Shown in pieces: positions 18,046 to 28,162 of a stretch of 46,142 nt of DNA. The stretch is from a virus (lineage: Duplodnaviria > Caudoviricetes), in the IMG/VR virus record IMGVR_UViG_3300028585_000034, positions 1-46,142 of that record; one strand, 5' to 3'. Made by a program: the position numbers and the translations under genes. Each line of letters starts with the position of its first letter. The stretch's first letter is position 1. A model generated the notes under the pieces. The model worked only from the letters and a program-made list of their open reading frames with translations. It searched no databases and was not told the origin of the DNA.

Positions 18046-18750
18046 ATGTCTGGACTAACTGTAGCAAACCCAAGATCTGCTGTCACCAAAATGTCGAGCC
18101 GTGAAATTGCAAAATTGACCGGAAAGCAGCACAAAAACGTGATGGCTGACTGCCGGTCCATGCTCGAGGCGCTGAATCTTCAATCGGCTGACTTCTCAGC
18201 CGATTACAAAGACGAGCGTGGACGCACATATCAGGAGTTCTGGCTCGACCAAGACCTGACGCTTACCCTCATGACCGGCTACAGCATTCCGCTGCGTCAT
18301 AAGGTGGCAAAACGCTGGCGTCAGCTTGAGTCCGGGGAAGTTCTTTCGCAAAAGTCCAAATCACATCTTCCAGAATATCGACGCGCCCGTGCAATAAAAA
18401 TGGAAGTTGAGGCAATGAGCCTAGCTCTTTCATTCATGCCCAAGTTAAGCGATGTGGCAAAGCAGACCGCTATGGCTCGCGCCGTTAATGATGCGGCAGG
18501 AATGGAATTGCTTCCGCTTCCACAGGTTGAGGAGCATTACCACAGCGCGGGAGAAGTCGGCGAAATGCTGGGCGTTTCCGCTCAGAAGATTGGGCGGGTA
18601 GCTAATGCTAACAACCTCAAGACCGAGCAGTACGGAATTACCGTCATGGACAAGTCAGCCTACAGCAGCAAGCAGGTTGAGGCATTCCGCTATAACGCCG
18701 AAGGGGTAAAGGCTCTACGCCACCTGATTCACGGTGCAGATGTAGCATAA
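18046..18750 (+). CDS. Rha family antirepressor-like protein
   Basis: MSSREIA.LTGK.HKNV..D...LMTGYSIPLR N-terminus; HTH-like SAGEVGEMLGVSAQKIGR near the C-terminus. Confidence 0.85.
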   Translation: MSGLTVANPRSAVTKMSSREIAKLTGKQHKNVMADCRSMLEALNLQSADFSADYKDERGRTYQEFWLDQDLTLTLMTGYSIPLRHKVAKRWRQLESGEVLSQKSKSHLPEYRRARAIKMEVEAMSLALSFMPKLSDVAKQTAMARAVNDAAGMELLPLPQVEEHYHSAGEVGEMLGVSAQKIGRVANANNLKTEQYGITVMDKSAYSSKQVEAFRYNAEGVKALRHLIHGADVA

Positions 18751-18867
18751 AGAATTGCGATCATCACAACGCAGTAAATCACAACCCGCTCCGGCGGGTT
18801 TCTTGCTTCCCATTGCGTTAGTTTCCCTTTAGGATTTATCTCATCAATTACAGGTGGGGATAAGGAT

Positions 18868-19275
18868 GTGAAAAACTTTGTGATACCGGGCAGCCCAAAA
18901 GATTATTACGTAGCTATGAATGGTGATGGTGGCGTAGTTGAATACAGCGCGCTGCGCGGTAAGATTCGACAGTTAGTCGAGATTTATAACTCCTGCATTA
19001 GAGAAATCATCAATGAGGGCGGCAACCACTACACGGCGTCGCTTGATATGACAGACATTGTTAATGATTTCATGTCAAAAGAACCACCAGAAGCTCAAGT
19101 AGCTTTCCTCAATGTATTCTCACAAGAGATGAACGCTGCCACGTCAGAGACAATTGATAAAACAAACCGATTGAATGCAGAAACAGCTAAGCGTGAAGCT
19201 GGCGCTATGCAGGCGGGCCAATGGATAGGCGCGATCATATTGTTTTTTGTGATTCTCGCTTTTTTTATGTACTAA
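18868..19275 (+). CDS. Hypothetical protein with C-terminal TM
   Basis: WIGAIILFFVILAFFMY; flanked by terminators at ~18784 and ~19293. Confidence 0.7.
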   Translation: MKNFVIPGSPKDYYVAMNGDGGVVEYSALRGKIRQLVEIYNSCIREIINEGGNHYTASLDMTDIVNDFMSKEPPEAQVAFLNVFSQEMNAATSETIDKTNRLNAETAKREAGAMQAGQWIGAIILFFVILAFFMY

Positions 19276-19336
19276 ACAAACTGCACACAATAGAGCCTCG
19301 CTAATGCGGGGCTTTTTTACGCTTGGAGAAAGGTAA

Positions 19337-22300
19337 ATGGCTGGATCAGTTAATGCAGGCAGTATCATTTATGAAGTGGATATGGATACAGCTAAATTGC
19401 TTGCCGCGCGCAGAGAAGTCGACGCCGCACTGAATGGCATGGGTGCCAATATGGGCAGGCTTGAGGCTAGCGTTAACAGAACCGAGCGTTCCATTTCTTC
19501 CATGCAAGGAACCATGTCCAGCTTAACCGGTGTAGCCAAGGGGTTGCTAGCCGCGCTTTCTGTACAACAAGTTGGTGCTTATGCTGACGAGTGGACGGTG
19601 CTCAATAATAAGCTGGCTAACGCCGCTCGCACCGGGGAAACCCAAGCACAAGTAATGCAGCGTGTTTTCGACATATCCCAAGCCACTCAAACCAGCCTGA
19701 ATGGAACTGCGACACTCTATGCAAGGCTGGAAAGAGGCACGCGACTGTATAACACCAGTGCCGAAGACCTTGTGCGACTAACTACCATAATCAACCAAGG
19801 CTTTGCTGTTTCAGGCGCAACGGCTCAGGAGGCTGAAAACGCGATCATTCAGCTTTCGCAAGGTCTTGCCTCAGGCGTCTTGCGCGGTGAAGAATTTAAC
19901 TCAGTGGCAGAGCAAGGGAGTCGCTTAACTATCGCCTTAGCAGATTCGTTAGGCGTAGGCATTGGTCAGTTAAGGAAGATGGCGGGGGAGGGAAAGCTTA
20001 CGGCAGATGTAGTGGTTAAGGGATTGCTCTCTCAAGGGGACGCAATTGGGAAAGAGTTCGCCAAAACAACTGTGACAATATCCCAAGGATTGCTGGTAGC
20101 AGGAAATAATATCACCAAGTTCTTCGGTGAAAATTCCACAGTAAAATCGTTTGCGGCTGGATTCAGAGATTCAATAATCACCGTCACTTCCAACCTGGAC
20201 ACTCTGACCAATGCTCTTATTGTTGTTGCTGGAGTATTGGGAAGTAGGTATGCAGCTGCTTTTTCAATAGCTACCGCTGCAAAAATAAAAGACACAGCAG
20301 CTTCAATAGCAGCATCAAAAGCATCAGCTGTTGCTGCAAAAGATACCGAAATTGAATCGGCAGCTAAAGTCAGGCTGACGCAAGTTGAAAAGGCTGCAGC
20401 CATTCAATCTCTGCAGCTGGCTGAAGGTAGGCTGGCATCAATGAGAGCTACGCAAGGAGCAGCGGCGTCAGAGGTGCAGCTTGCAGAAGCACAAACGGCA
20501 TCAGTCAGGACCAACATTGCGCAAATAGAGGCAGAAAAGGCGTTGGAGGTGCAAAGGCTTCGATCGCAAATAAGCGATCAGGGGCGAATAGCGTCAACCA
20601 CTCGTATGGCTCAGTTGCAGCAAGCTTCAGCAGCCCTGACAACTCGGCTTGCTAGCGCAGAGGCGGCGGCTTCACAAGCTAGGGCTACAGCAATAGCGGC
20701 GGCAGAAGCTCAGGTCAGCGCAGCAAGATTAGCCGCTGCTGATGCAACTGGAGCGGCAGCAGCTGCTAATGGCAGATATGTCGCCTCTCAAGAGGCATCA
20801 ATAGTGGCCGCAAGGGCTGCGACCGCATCAACTGCTTTGTTGCGCGGGGCTTTGTCCGTAGTGGGCGGCCCTACTGGTGTGGCGTTTTTGGCAGGCGCAG
20901 CTCTTTATTATTTCTACCAGAAATCTCAGCAAGCAAAGCAAGAAAGTATCGACTTCGCGGGCAAGTTGGACACCGTAATCTCTAAAATGAAAGAGATGGA
21001 CCAGATTCAGCTCAAAGGCAACCTAGCTCGCACAGGAGAGGCGATAGATGCGTTGCGCGAGAAACTGCAGGATCAGGTTTCAGCTCAGGATAAAGCGAGA
21101 AATTCGGTAGCTGAATATCAGAAGCAGCTGAATGGACTGCAGAAGTCAGGTGCACCTCTTGAGGTGATAAATGCAGCTCAGAAGCGATTAACTGATTCCC
21201 TTCGTGATATGGATAAGGCTTCGGCAGATACGGATGAAACATCCAAAGCTTTAAGTTCAACTCTGCAGAAGCAATCGCAGATACAGGATGAGCTAAACCA
21301 AAAGGCCAGGGATTCAGATGCTGCCTTTGATGTGCTGGCTAACAATTTGCGAGAGAAGATACCTAATGCTAGTGCGGCAGCTATTGCTGCAATGTCGGCA
21401 ACGCTGAAGTTTATTAACGATGTAAACTCACAGTCTAAAAATGTTGCTCAACCAGAAGAGCCTAAGGTTTCTGACAAAGCAAAAGAACTTATCAAGAATG
21501 CCGAACGGCGCCTTGCCTTATCTAAGCTTGAGGGAGAGTCAAGAGCCAAGTTGCAAGCTCAGTATGACGCTGAGGACGCTGGGATAGAGAAAGGTAATAA
21601 GCTCGTTGGCGTCTTAGAAGCGCAGTATGCAGAAACAGAGCGCAACACCGCGAGTCGCAAAGAAAATAACCGCGAATCCAAAAAGGCAGCCAACCAAGCT
21701 GAAAGTGTTGCTCAGAAGCTGGCTAAGTTAAAAGAGCAATCTGAGCTTGCCGCCGAATCAACGCAGGAGCTGACGCGCGAGAAGGCCATCCTCAACGCTC
21801 AGCAGTCGCTTGGCAAGGGCGCGACCGATAACGATATCCGGCAGGCTGGCGAATACGCCGCTAAAACTTTCGACAGTGCCAAGGCAGTTCGCGATCTGGC
21901 TCAGGCTGAGCAGGGCCGTAAGTTTGCCACGCAGGAAATAGCGGCGGCCAATGTCATGCCTGATGCAGTAACCGGCGCCGTGGTTGACCCGACTGCGCAG
22001 ATTGACCTGCAGGAGCAACAGAAGCTGGCAGCACTTGCCAAGTATCAGGCCATCGATACCGAGAACACGCAGATTTACGAGGATGCCAAAACCGCAATTC
22101 AGCGGCAGGCTTCCAATGCACGGCAGCAAATCATTCAGGATGAAGCTGACATGCAGTCTGCGGCCATATCCTCGATTATCGGGTCTGTGGCTCAGGGCTT
22201 TGACGGGCTGGCTAATCTTGCGGCCGGCGCAGCAGGCAGAAGCAGCGGCGCTTATCAGGCCATGTTCGCACTCAGCAAAGGGTTTGCTGTAGCTCAAGCG

Positions 22301-22762
22301 GCAATGAACTTACAGCTTGCAATGTCACAAGCTCTGGCCGATCCAACCAAACTCACGACTGGTCAAAAATTGGCTGGCTACGCTCAAATTGCAGCTGCTG
22401 GAGGTTCGCTATTGTCGACAATAGGCAGTATTTCCTACGGCGGCGGACGCGAGCATGGTGGCCCGGTTAACGGCAATTCGATGTATCGAGTGGGTGAGGG
22501 TGGCAAGCCTGAAATCTACAAAGCCAGTAACGGCAATCAGTACATGATTCCTGGTGATAACGGTCGAGTGATTAGCAATAGCGACATCGGTGGCAGCAGC
22601 TCTGGCAGCATGCCGGTAATTAATCAGGTCAATAACTTCACATTCAACAATGCGAGTGGCGATCAGCAGCAGATGGTCACCACTATTGCGAAAATTGCTT
22701 ATGAGCAATCTCTTCGCGCCATGAAAGATCAGCAGCGCCCCGGCGGCATGCTTCGCAAATAA
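19337..22762 (+). CDS. Tail tape measure protein
   Basis: 1141 aa, Ala-rich and helical; QLSQGLASGVLRGEEFNSV and VGEGGKPE motifs. Confidence 0.95.
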   Translation: MAGSVNAGSIIYEVDMDTAKLLAARREVDAALNGMGANMGRLEASVNRTERSISSMQGTMSSLTGVAKGLLAALSVQQVGAYADEWTVLNNKLANAARTGETQAQVMQRVFDISQATQTSLNGTATLYARLERGTRLYNTSAEDLVRLTTIINQGFAVSGATAQEAENAIIQLSQGLASGVLRGEEFNSVAEQGSRLTIALADSLGVGIGQLRKMAGEGKLTADVVVKGLLSQGDAIGKEFAKTTVTISQGLLVAGNNITKFFGENSTVKSFAAGFRDSIITVTSNLDTLTNALIVVAGVLGSRYAAAFSIATAAKIKDTAASIAASKASAVAAKDTEIESAAKVRLTQVEKAAAIQSLQLAEGRLASMRATQGAAASEVQLAEAQTASVRTNIAQIEAEKALEVQRLRSQISDQGRIASTTRMAQLQQASAALTTRLASAEAAASQARATAIAAAEAQVSAARLAAADATGAAAAANGRYVASQEASIVAARAATASTALLRGALSVVGGPTGVAFLAGAALYYFYQKSQQAKQESIDFAGKLDTVISKMKEMDQIQLKGNLARTGEAIDALREKLQDQVSAQDKARNSVAEYQKQLNGLQKSGAPLEVINAAQKRLTDSLRDMDKASADTDETSKALSSTLQKQSQIQDELNQKARDSDAAFDVLANNLREKIPNASAAAIAAMSATLKFINDVNSQSKNVAQPEEPKVSDKAKELIKNAERRLALSKLEGESRAKLQAQYDAEDAGIEKGNKLVGVLEAQYAETERNTASRKENNRESKKAANQAESVAQKLAKLKEQSELAAESTQELTREKAILNAQQSLGKGATDNDIRQAGEYAAKTFDSAKAVRDLAQAEQGRKFATQEIAAANVMPDAVTGAVVDPTAQIDLQEQQKLAALAKYQAIDTENTQIYEDAKTAIQRQASNARQQIIQDEADMQSAAISSIIGSVAQGFDGLANLAAGAAGRSSGAYQAMFALSKGFAVAQAAMNLQLAMSQALADPTKLTTGQKLAGYAQIAAAGGSLLSTIGSISYGGGREHGGPVNGNSMYRVGEGGKPEIYKASNGNQYMIPGDNGRVISNSDIGGSSSGSMPVINQVNNFTFNNASGDQQQMVTTIAKIAYEQSLRAMKDQQRPGGMLRK

Positions 22763-22774
22763 CAGGATTAAACC

Positions 22775-23128
22775 ATGCCAGAAACTTTTATCTGGAGCCC
22801 TCAAAAGGGCTTCACGGCTGATCGCACGCCAAATGTGGCAGTAGTGAAGCTTGGAGATGGTTACGAGCAGCGCCAGACCAAAGGCATTAATCCGCTCATG
22901 GACAAATATTCACTGGAGTTTGTAGGGGTGGATGATGCGAAGTGTTTGCGTCCAAACGTGGCAAAACAGGCAAATGCTTTTCTTAAGGCGCGAATGGCAG
23001 TGGAGTCATTTTACTGGACGCCATCGGATACCGGAACGCAGGCGTTGTTCGTATGCAGATCATGGTCGCTCGTGAAAACCGGAGGCCACTACAAGCTTTC
23101 CGCTGATTTTGAGCAGGTACCACGATGA
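22775..23128 (+). CDS. Minor tail protein, lambda gpM-like
   Basis: GDGYEQR...GIN, F.WTP and FEQV motifs. Confidence 0.9.
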   Translation: MPETFIWSPQKGFTADRTPNVAVVKLGDGYEQRQTKGINPLMDKYSLEFVGVDDAKCLRPNVAKQANAFLKARMAVESFYWTPSDTGTQALFVCRSWSLVKTGGHYKLSADFEQVPR

Positions 23129-23829
23129 GAGACATTCCGGCAGAGCTGATTATCGAAAGTGTTGATGCTGGCGTTGGCGCAATGCTTGACCTCTTTGAGG
23201 TTGATTTGCAAGCGTTCGGTGGGGATGTGATTCGCTTCCACTCAGGGACAAACGGCTATTACGGCGATGTTGTGTGGCAGGGAAGAAAGTATTCAGCGTA
23301 TCCGATCGCGGTGGAAGGGTTTGAAACCAAATCTGAAGGGACGTATTCGCGCCCCACGATGAAGGTGGCAAACATATCCGGCCTGATTACCGGTATCAAC
23401 CATGACTTTGATGATGCGCTTGGGGCTGTGGTAACTCGCCGTCAGGTTCTGGTTAAGCATCTGGATGCGGTCAACTTCCCCAATGGCAATGCGAATGCAG
23501 ACAGCACTATGGAGGCCGTTTCAAGGTGCGTCATTGAGGAGATGACGGAAGAGACCTTTGAGACCGTTACCTACAGCCTCGCCACTCCCGTAGACTGCGA
23601 CAATGCGATCATCCCGGCTCGCACGATACTGGCAGACGTTTGCCAGTGGGTTTACCGCGGTGATGGCTGCTTCTATGACGGTCCGGCAGTAGCCGATGAG
23701 AAGGATAACCCCACATCAGACCTGTCGAGAGATAAGTGCTCAAAGCACCTTTCCGGTTGTAATTTTCGCTATCCGAAGCCTTCGCCTAAACCATTCGGGG
23801 GATTCCCCGGTTCAGGGAAAATCTCATGA
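23125..23829 (+). CDS. Minor tail protein L
   Basis: CQWVYRGDGC...DKCSKHLSGC..R...FGGFPG Fe-S cysteine pattern. Confidence 0.93.
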   Translation: MRDIPAELIIESVDAGVGAMLDLFEVDLQAFGGDVIRFHSGTNGYYGDVVWQGRKYSAYPIAVEGFETKSEGTYSRPTMKVANISGLITGINHDFDDALGAVVTRRQVLVKHLDAVNFPNGNANADSTMEAVSRCVIEEMTEETFETVTYSLATPVDCDNAIIPARTILADVCQWVYRGDGCFYDGPAVADEKDNPTSDLSRDKCSKHLSGCNFRYPKPSPKPFGGFPGSGKIS

Positions 23830-24554
23830 CGTTAGAAAGTGAATGCCTTGCATATGCAGCATCGTCGACCCGCGAGGTCTGCGGTCTGATTATTGATCGC
23901 GCCAGGGTGATGCGTTGTGAGAACGCTCACCCTGAGCCAGACAGGAACTTCAGGATAAGCGATACAGACTGGATGAAAGCAGAGGCGGCGGGAGAAATTA
24001 CCGCCGTTTTTCATTCTCACCCTCAGTCAAAGTTGGTTCTTTCTGGTGCTGATCGCCAGTCGCAGATTGCCACGGATGTTGAGTGGTGGCTTGCCAGCAC
24101 CGGAGATCTGAGGAAATTCAGGCCGGTGCCGCATCTTCTTGGGCGCGCTTTCGAGCACGGCGTAATGGACTGTTACACGCTTTTTCGGGATGCCTACCAC
24201 CTGTGCGGAATCGACCTTCCTGACTTTGAGCGCTCAACGGGTTGGTGGGTCAGAGGAGAAAACCTCTACATCAAAAACATGGTTGCCAATGGCTTTAGTG
24301 AAGTTGATACGCAAACCATCCAGCCCGGTGACGTCATCATCCGACGGGCGTTTGCAGAGTCCGATCCCTGCCACGCAATGATCTGGCTTGGAGATAACTC
24401 AGTCCTGCATCACGAGCAGGCCGGGCGCCTGAGTCGTCGCGAGCCATATCGACCAGCCTACGTAAAACTTACCCATTCAATCTGGAGGCATGAACAATGC
24501 TCATCTTTAGATTTGCGGGGAATCTTCGACGACATTTCCGCCAGATCGCTTTAA
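23826..24554 (+). CDS. Tail assembly protein K (JAB + NlpC/P60)
   Basis: EVCGL, HSHP and DCYTLFRD motifs. Confidence 0.92.
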   Translation: MTLESECLAYAASSTREVCGLIIDRARVMRCENAHPEPDRNFRISDTDWMKAEAAGEITAVFHSHPQSKLVLSGADRQSQIATDVEWWLASTGDLRKFRPVPHLLGRAFEHGVMDCYTLFRDAYHLCGIDLPDFERSTGWWVRGENLYIKNMVANGFSEVDTQTIQPGDVIIRRAFAESDPCHAMIWLGDNSVLHHEQAGRLSRREPYRPAYVKLTHSIWRHEQCSSLDLRGIFDDISARSL

Positions 24555-25024
24555 ACGTTGATACTCCTTCTCAGGGATTAAGGCTGCTCCTGGCGCAGTG
24601 CCCCGCATTTAAGCGTGACTTCTATAAAACCCGTCTGCGTATTCGCGTTGATCGTTCAGACGTAGCCAGCAATGAACTCGAATTTCATATGAACCGTCAT
24701 CTTAAGGATGGCTCGACGGTGCTGTTCGCGCCCGTCGTTGAAGGTTCGATAAGTGCTGCAGCGGCGGCATGGATCATGGTGGCAGTAACGGTGGCTTCGG
24801 TCGCTTACTCGCTCTACATGACTTCCCACATGAAGACCAAAACGTCAGCTGATGACGCAGCAAATAACTCGCTAACCAATAACTCGTTTACCAACGCAGA
24901 GAACCGGATTGGTCAGGGCCGTCCGGTACCGCTTTTGCTTGGCGAGATGGTTGTTGGTTCCAATGTGATATCTCTAGGCATCGACACTTCTAATAACCAG
25001 GATTGGTCGGAATCCATCAGTTAA
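24497..25024 (+). CDS. Tail assembly protein I
   Basis: QGRPVPLLLGEMVVGSNVIS. Confidence 0.9.
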   Translation: MLIFRFAGNLRRHFRQIALNVDTPSQGLRLLLAQCPAFKRDFYKTRLRIRVDRSDVASNELEFHMNRHLKDGSTVLFAPVVEGSISAAAAAWIMVAVTVASVAYSLYMTSHMKTKTSADDAANNSLTNNSFTNAENRIGQGRPVPLLLGEMVVGSNVISLGIDTSNNQDWSESIS

Positions 25025-25033
25025 GGTGAAAAT

Positions 25034-28000
25034 ATGAGCTCAGGCGGCGGCGGTGGAAGCACACCAAAACTTATCGACGACAACTTAAAATCAAAACAAT
25101 TCCTCCGCGTTCTTGACCTGATTTCAGAAGGCCCAATCTACGGACCGGTAGACCAAAACAGCCTCTCTTCATTCATGCTTAACAAGACTTCAGTCACTGA
25201 CAGAGCAGGTAACCCAAGCATTAATGGCGTTAGCATCGCGTGGCGGCCGGGCTCAGCAACACAGGCACCCATAACCGGATTTGATTCAATCGAATCAACG
25301 ACTGTAGTCAACACCGAAGTGACGCTGAACACGCCACTTGTGCGGACCGTAACAGACACTGATGTCACTCGCGTGAGGATGAACATCGGCGTGACAGGGT
25401 TAGCGGAGCAGGACACCAAAGGCAATCAAAAAGAAACGTCCGTCAGTATGTCGATTGACGTCAGGGTAGGGAATAGCGGATGGGAAGTGGTCAAGATGGT
25501 TACCATTTCCGGCAAAATATCCGGCGAGTATCTTGAAGCGCATATGATTGATGCGCCTGCAACAAAGCCCTTCGATATACGCTTGCGGAGGCTGACCGCC
25601 GACAGCGGAAGTGACCTGCTCACCAACGGCACCATCTGGAACAGCTTCAGTGAAATAACAGATCAGAACCTTTCCTATCCGTATGCAGCCATTGCAGGGG
25701 CGGTAATAGACCGCGACCAGTACACCGACACACCCACGAGAACCTATCACCTTCGCGGGCTGATTGTGGATGTGCCGGACAACTATGACCCAATAAACCG
25801 CACCTATGCAGGAATCTGGACGGGCGGATTTAAATCGGCCTGGACAAACAATCCTGCGTGGCTGTTCCGTGCACTGGTTAAAAATACCCGCTTTGGGCTG
25901 GCTAAGCGTGCCGGTTATATCGATGTCGATGACGGAAGTTTGTATGTGCTTTCACAGTTCTGCGATCAGCTGGTTGATGATGGTTATGGCGGGAAGGAAC
26001 CGCGCTTCACGCTCAATGCTTACATCACAGAGCAGAAGACGGCAAGAGACCTGCTGGATGACATCGCCGGGATGTTTCGCGGCATCGCCCTGTGGGATGG
26101 GCTGCGCTTTTCAATCATGCTCGACAACCCCCAAGACCCCATTGCTGCAGTGACTAATGCCAGCGTTGTAGATGGCCTGTTCACATACAGCTCGATGAAG
26201 CGATCGGAGCGTTTTAATGCCGTAGTGGTTTCGTGGACTGACCCAAACAACGGCTGGGAGCAGGTAAAAGAATACGTCTCCGATGATGCAATGATCGATC
26301 GTTACCAGTACAACGAGACGACGCTGGAGGCATTCGGATGCACGTCACGGGGACAGGCATTTCGGGCTGGCAAATGGTTGCTGGAGACGGCAAAGCGGGA
26401 AACCAAAAAAGTCAGCTTCAGGATGGCAAGAGATGCGATCGCATTCATGCCTGGCGATGTCATTGAGCTGATGGATAACAATTATGCGGCAACCCGTCTG
26501 GGTGGAAGAATAACTTCGCATAGCGGAGCCAGAATTACCGTCGATGCTGACGTTTCCAGCCTGGCTGGAGCCGGAGACCGGATGTCGCTTATGGGCTCTG
26601 ACGGCAAATTCGTTAAGTATGAAATAGCATCTGCTTCAGGAAGGATTATCACTCTTAAGTCGGTGCCCGCATGGGTGCGCGACGGCACTATATTTGTCAT
26701 CTCAACGGGAGAGGTTGCCACCCGACTGTTCAGAGTAATGGGTATCACAGAGGACGATAACAACTCGCTTTACAGCATTTCGGCCACTCTGTATGACCCT
26801 AACAAGCAGTCCATTGTTGATGATGGCGCCGTATTTGATATTCCCAACGACACTCTGAACGGATATCGGGTTCCGAATATCGAAAATCTGCGCATTATCA
26901 ATAACAACACTGAAACGGTGCAGGTAACGGCCACCTGGGAGACGGCAACGACAACAAAGAGAATGATGTTTGAGCTTTATGTGTACAGCCTCGATGGAAA
27001 GGTTGTCGCGCAGTATGAGACCGATCAGTTTCGTTATGAGTTTTACGGGCTTGATGCCGGAAGCTATACGCTTGGCGTTCGTGGTCGCAATGACAACGGA
27101 ATGAAGGGCACAGAGACGCAGGTAAGTTTGGTTATCGGTGCACCTTCTGCCCCTTCATTCGTGCAGTGGACTCCTGGCATTTTTTCCGCGGATATCGTAC
27201 CTGTGATGAGCGTGTCAGCAACGACAGATACTTCATTCGAATTTTGGTACACAGGCGAGGTCAGGGTAACCAGCATTGGTAACGTTGAGAATGAAGCTCA
27301 GTTCCTTGGGCGGGCATCGCAATGGACGTTACACGGGCTAAAAGCTGACACAACCTACTATATGTACGTTCGCACTAAGAATGCCTTCGGCGTATCACTT
27401 TTCGTTGAGGTATCTGGAAAGGCATCCGACGACATCCCTGGTATGCTGGATTACATCGACGAGGCCATCAGAAAATCCGAAGCCTTCGATCGCCTGTCCT
27501 CAATAATTGACACCAATATTGAAGGCCTGCTTCAGAACGCACTTAATCTGGACGCGTCAGTCGACCATCAGTTTAAAGCTTATGGCGAGAACCGGGCTGA
27601 TATTCTGGTCGTCAAGAAAACCATCGTGGATAACGATCATGCCTATGCCGAAAAGTTCGAGCAGGTGCAGGCGCAGTCTGCGCAAAACACCGCAGCAGTC
27701 CAGCAAGTCTCCAGTGCTTACGCTGATTTAACCGGTAAATTATCCGCTCAGTGGGGTGTGAAGGTACAGGTAGACAGTAATGGTAATAAGTATGTAGCAG
27801 GCATGCAGTTAGGTGTTGAGGGAAACAACGGATCGGTGCAGTCCTATGCGCTATTCAGCGCGGATAATTTTGCAATTTACAACACCAATAACGGCAGTTA
27901 TCAGCTCGCTTTTGCGGCAGTTAACGGGCAGACGTTTCTGCGATCCACTTTTATTCAGGACGGAACGATAGATAACGGCAAAATTGGTAATTTCATTCAG

Positions 28001-28162
28001 TCGACGAACTACAACGGAACCATCGGGTGGCGAATTGATAAAAACTCCGGTTTCTTCTTCGGAGGGGCGGGAGGTGGCGGATCAACACGCATGGACGAAA
28101 CTGGCTTTGCCGTTTACGACGGTGGTGGGGTTGAGCGGTTTAAAGCGGGGAAACTGAGCTGA
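25034..28162 (+). CDS. Tail tip / host specificity protein J
   Basis: DLISEGPI.G, WTNNPAW, GCTSRGQA.R.G.W motifs; FN3-like region; C-terminal KYVAGM. Confidence 0.95.
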   Translation: MSSGGGGGSTPKLIDDNLKSKQFLRVLDLISEGPIYGPVDQNSLSSFMLNKTSVTDRAGNPSINGVSIAWRPGSATQAPITGFDSIESTTVVNTEVTLNTPLVRTVTDTDVTRVRMNIGVTGLAEQDTKGNQKETSVSMSIDVRVGNSGWEVVKMVTISGKISGEYLEAHMIDAPATKPFDIRLRRLTADSGSDLLTNGTIWNSFSEITDQNLSYPYAAIAGAVIDRDQYTDTPTRTYHLRGLIVDVPDNYDPINRTYAGIWTGGFKSAWTNNPAWLFRALVKNTRFGLAKRAGYIDVDDGSLYVLSQFCDQLVDDGYGGKEPRFTLNAYITEQKTARDLLDDIAGMFRGIALWDGLRFSIMLDNPQDPIAAVTNASVVDGLFTYSSMKRSERFNAVVVSWTDPNNGWEQVKEYVSDDAMIDRYQYNETTLEAFGCTSRGQAFRAGKWLLETAKRETKKVSFRMARDAIAFMPGDVIELMDNNYAATRLGGRITSHSGARITVDADVSSLAGAGDRMSLMGSDGKFVKYEIASASGRIITLKSVPAWVRDGTIFVISTGEVATRLFRVMGITEDDNNSLYSISATLYDPNKQSIVDDGAVFDIPNDTLNGYRVPNIENLRIINNNTETVQVTATWETATTTKRMMFELYVYSLDGKVVAQYETDQFRYEFYGLDAGSYTLGVRGRNDNGMKGTETQVSLVIGAPSAPSFVQWTPGIFSADIVPVMSVSATTDTSFEFWYTGEVRVTSIGNVENEAQFLGRASQWTLHGLKADTTYYMYVRTKNAFGVSLFVEVSGKASDDIPGMLDYIDEAIRKSEAFDRLSSIIDTNIEGLLQNALNLDASVDHQFKAYGENRADILVVKKTIVDNDHAYAEKFEQVQAQSAQNTAAVQQVSSAYADLTGKLSAQWGVKVQVDSNGNKYVAGMQLGVEGNNGSVQSYALFSADNFAIYNTNNGSYQLAFAAVNGQTFLRSTFIQDGTIDNGKIGNFIQSTNYNGTIGWRIDKNSGFFFGGAGGGGSTRMDETGFAVYDGGGVERFKAGKLS

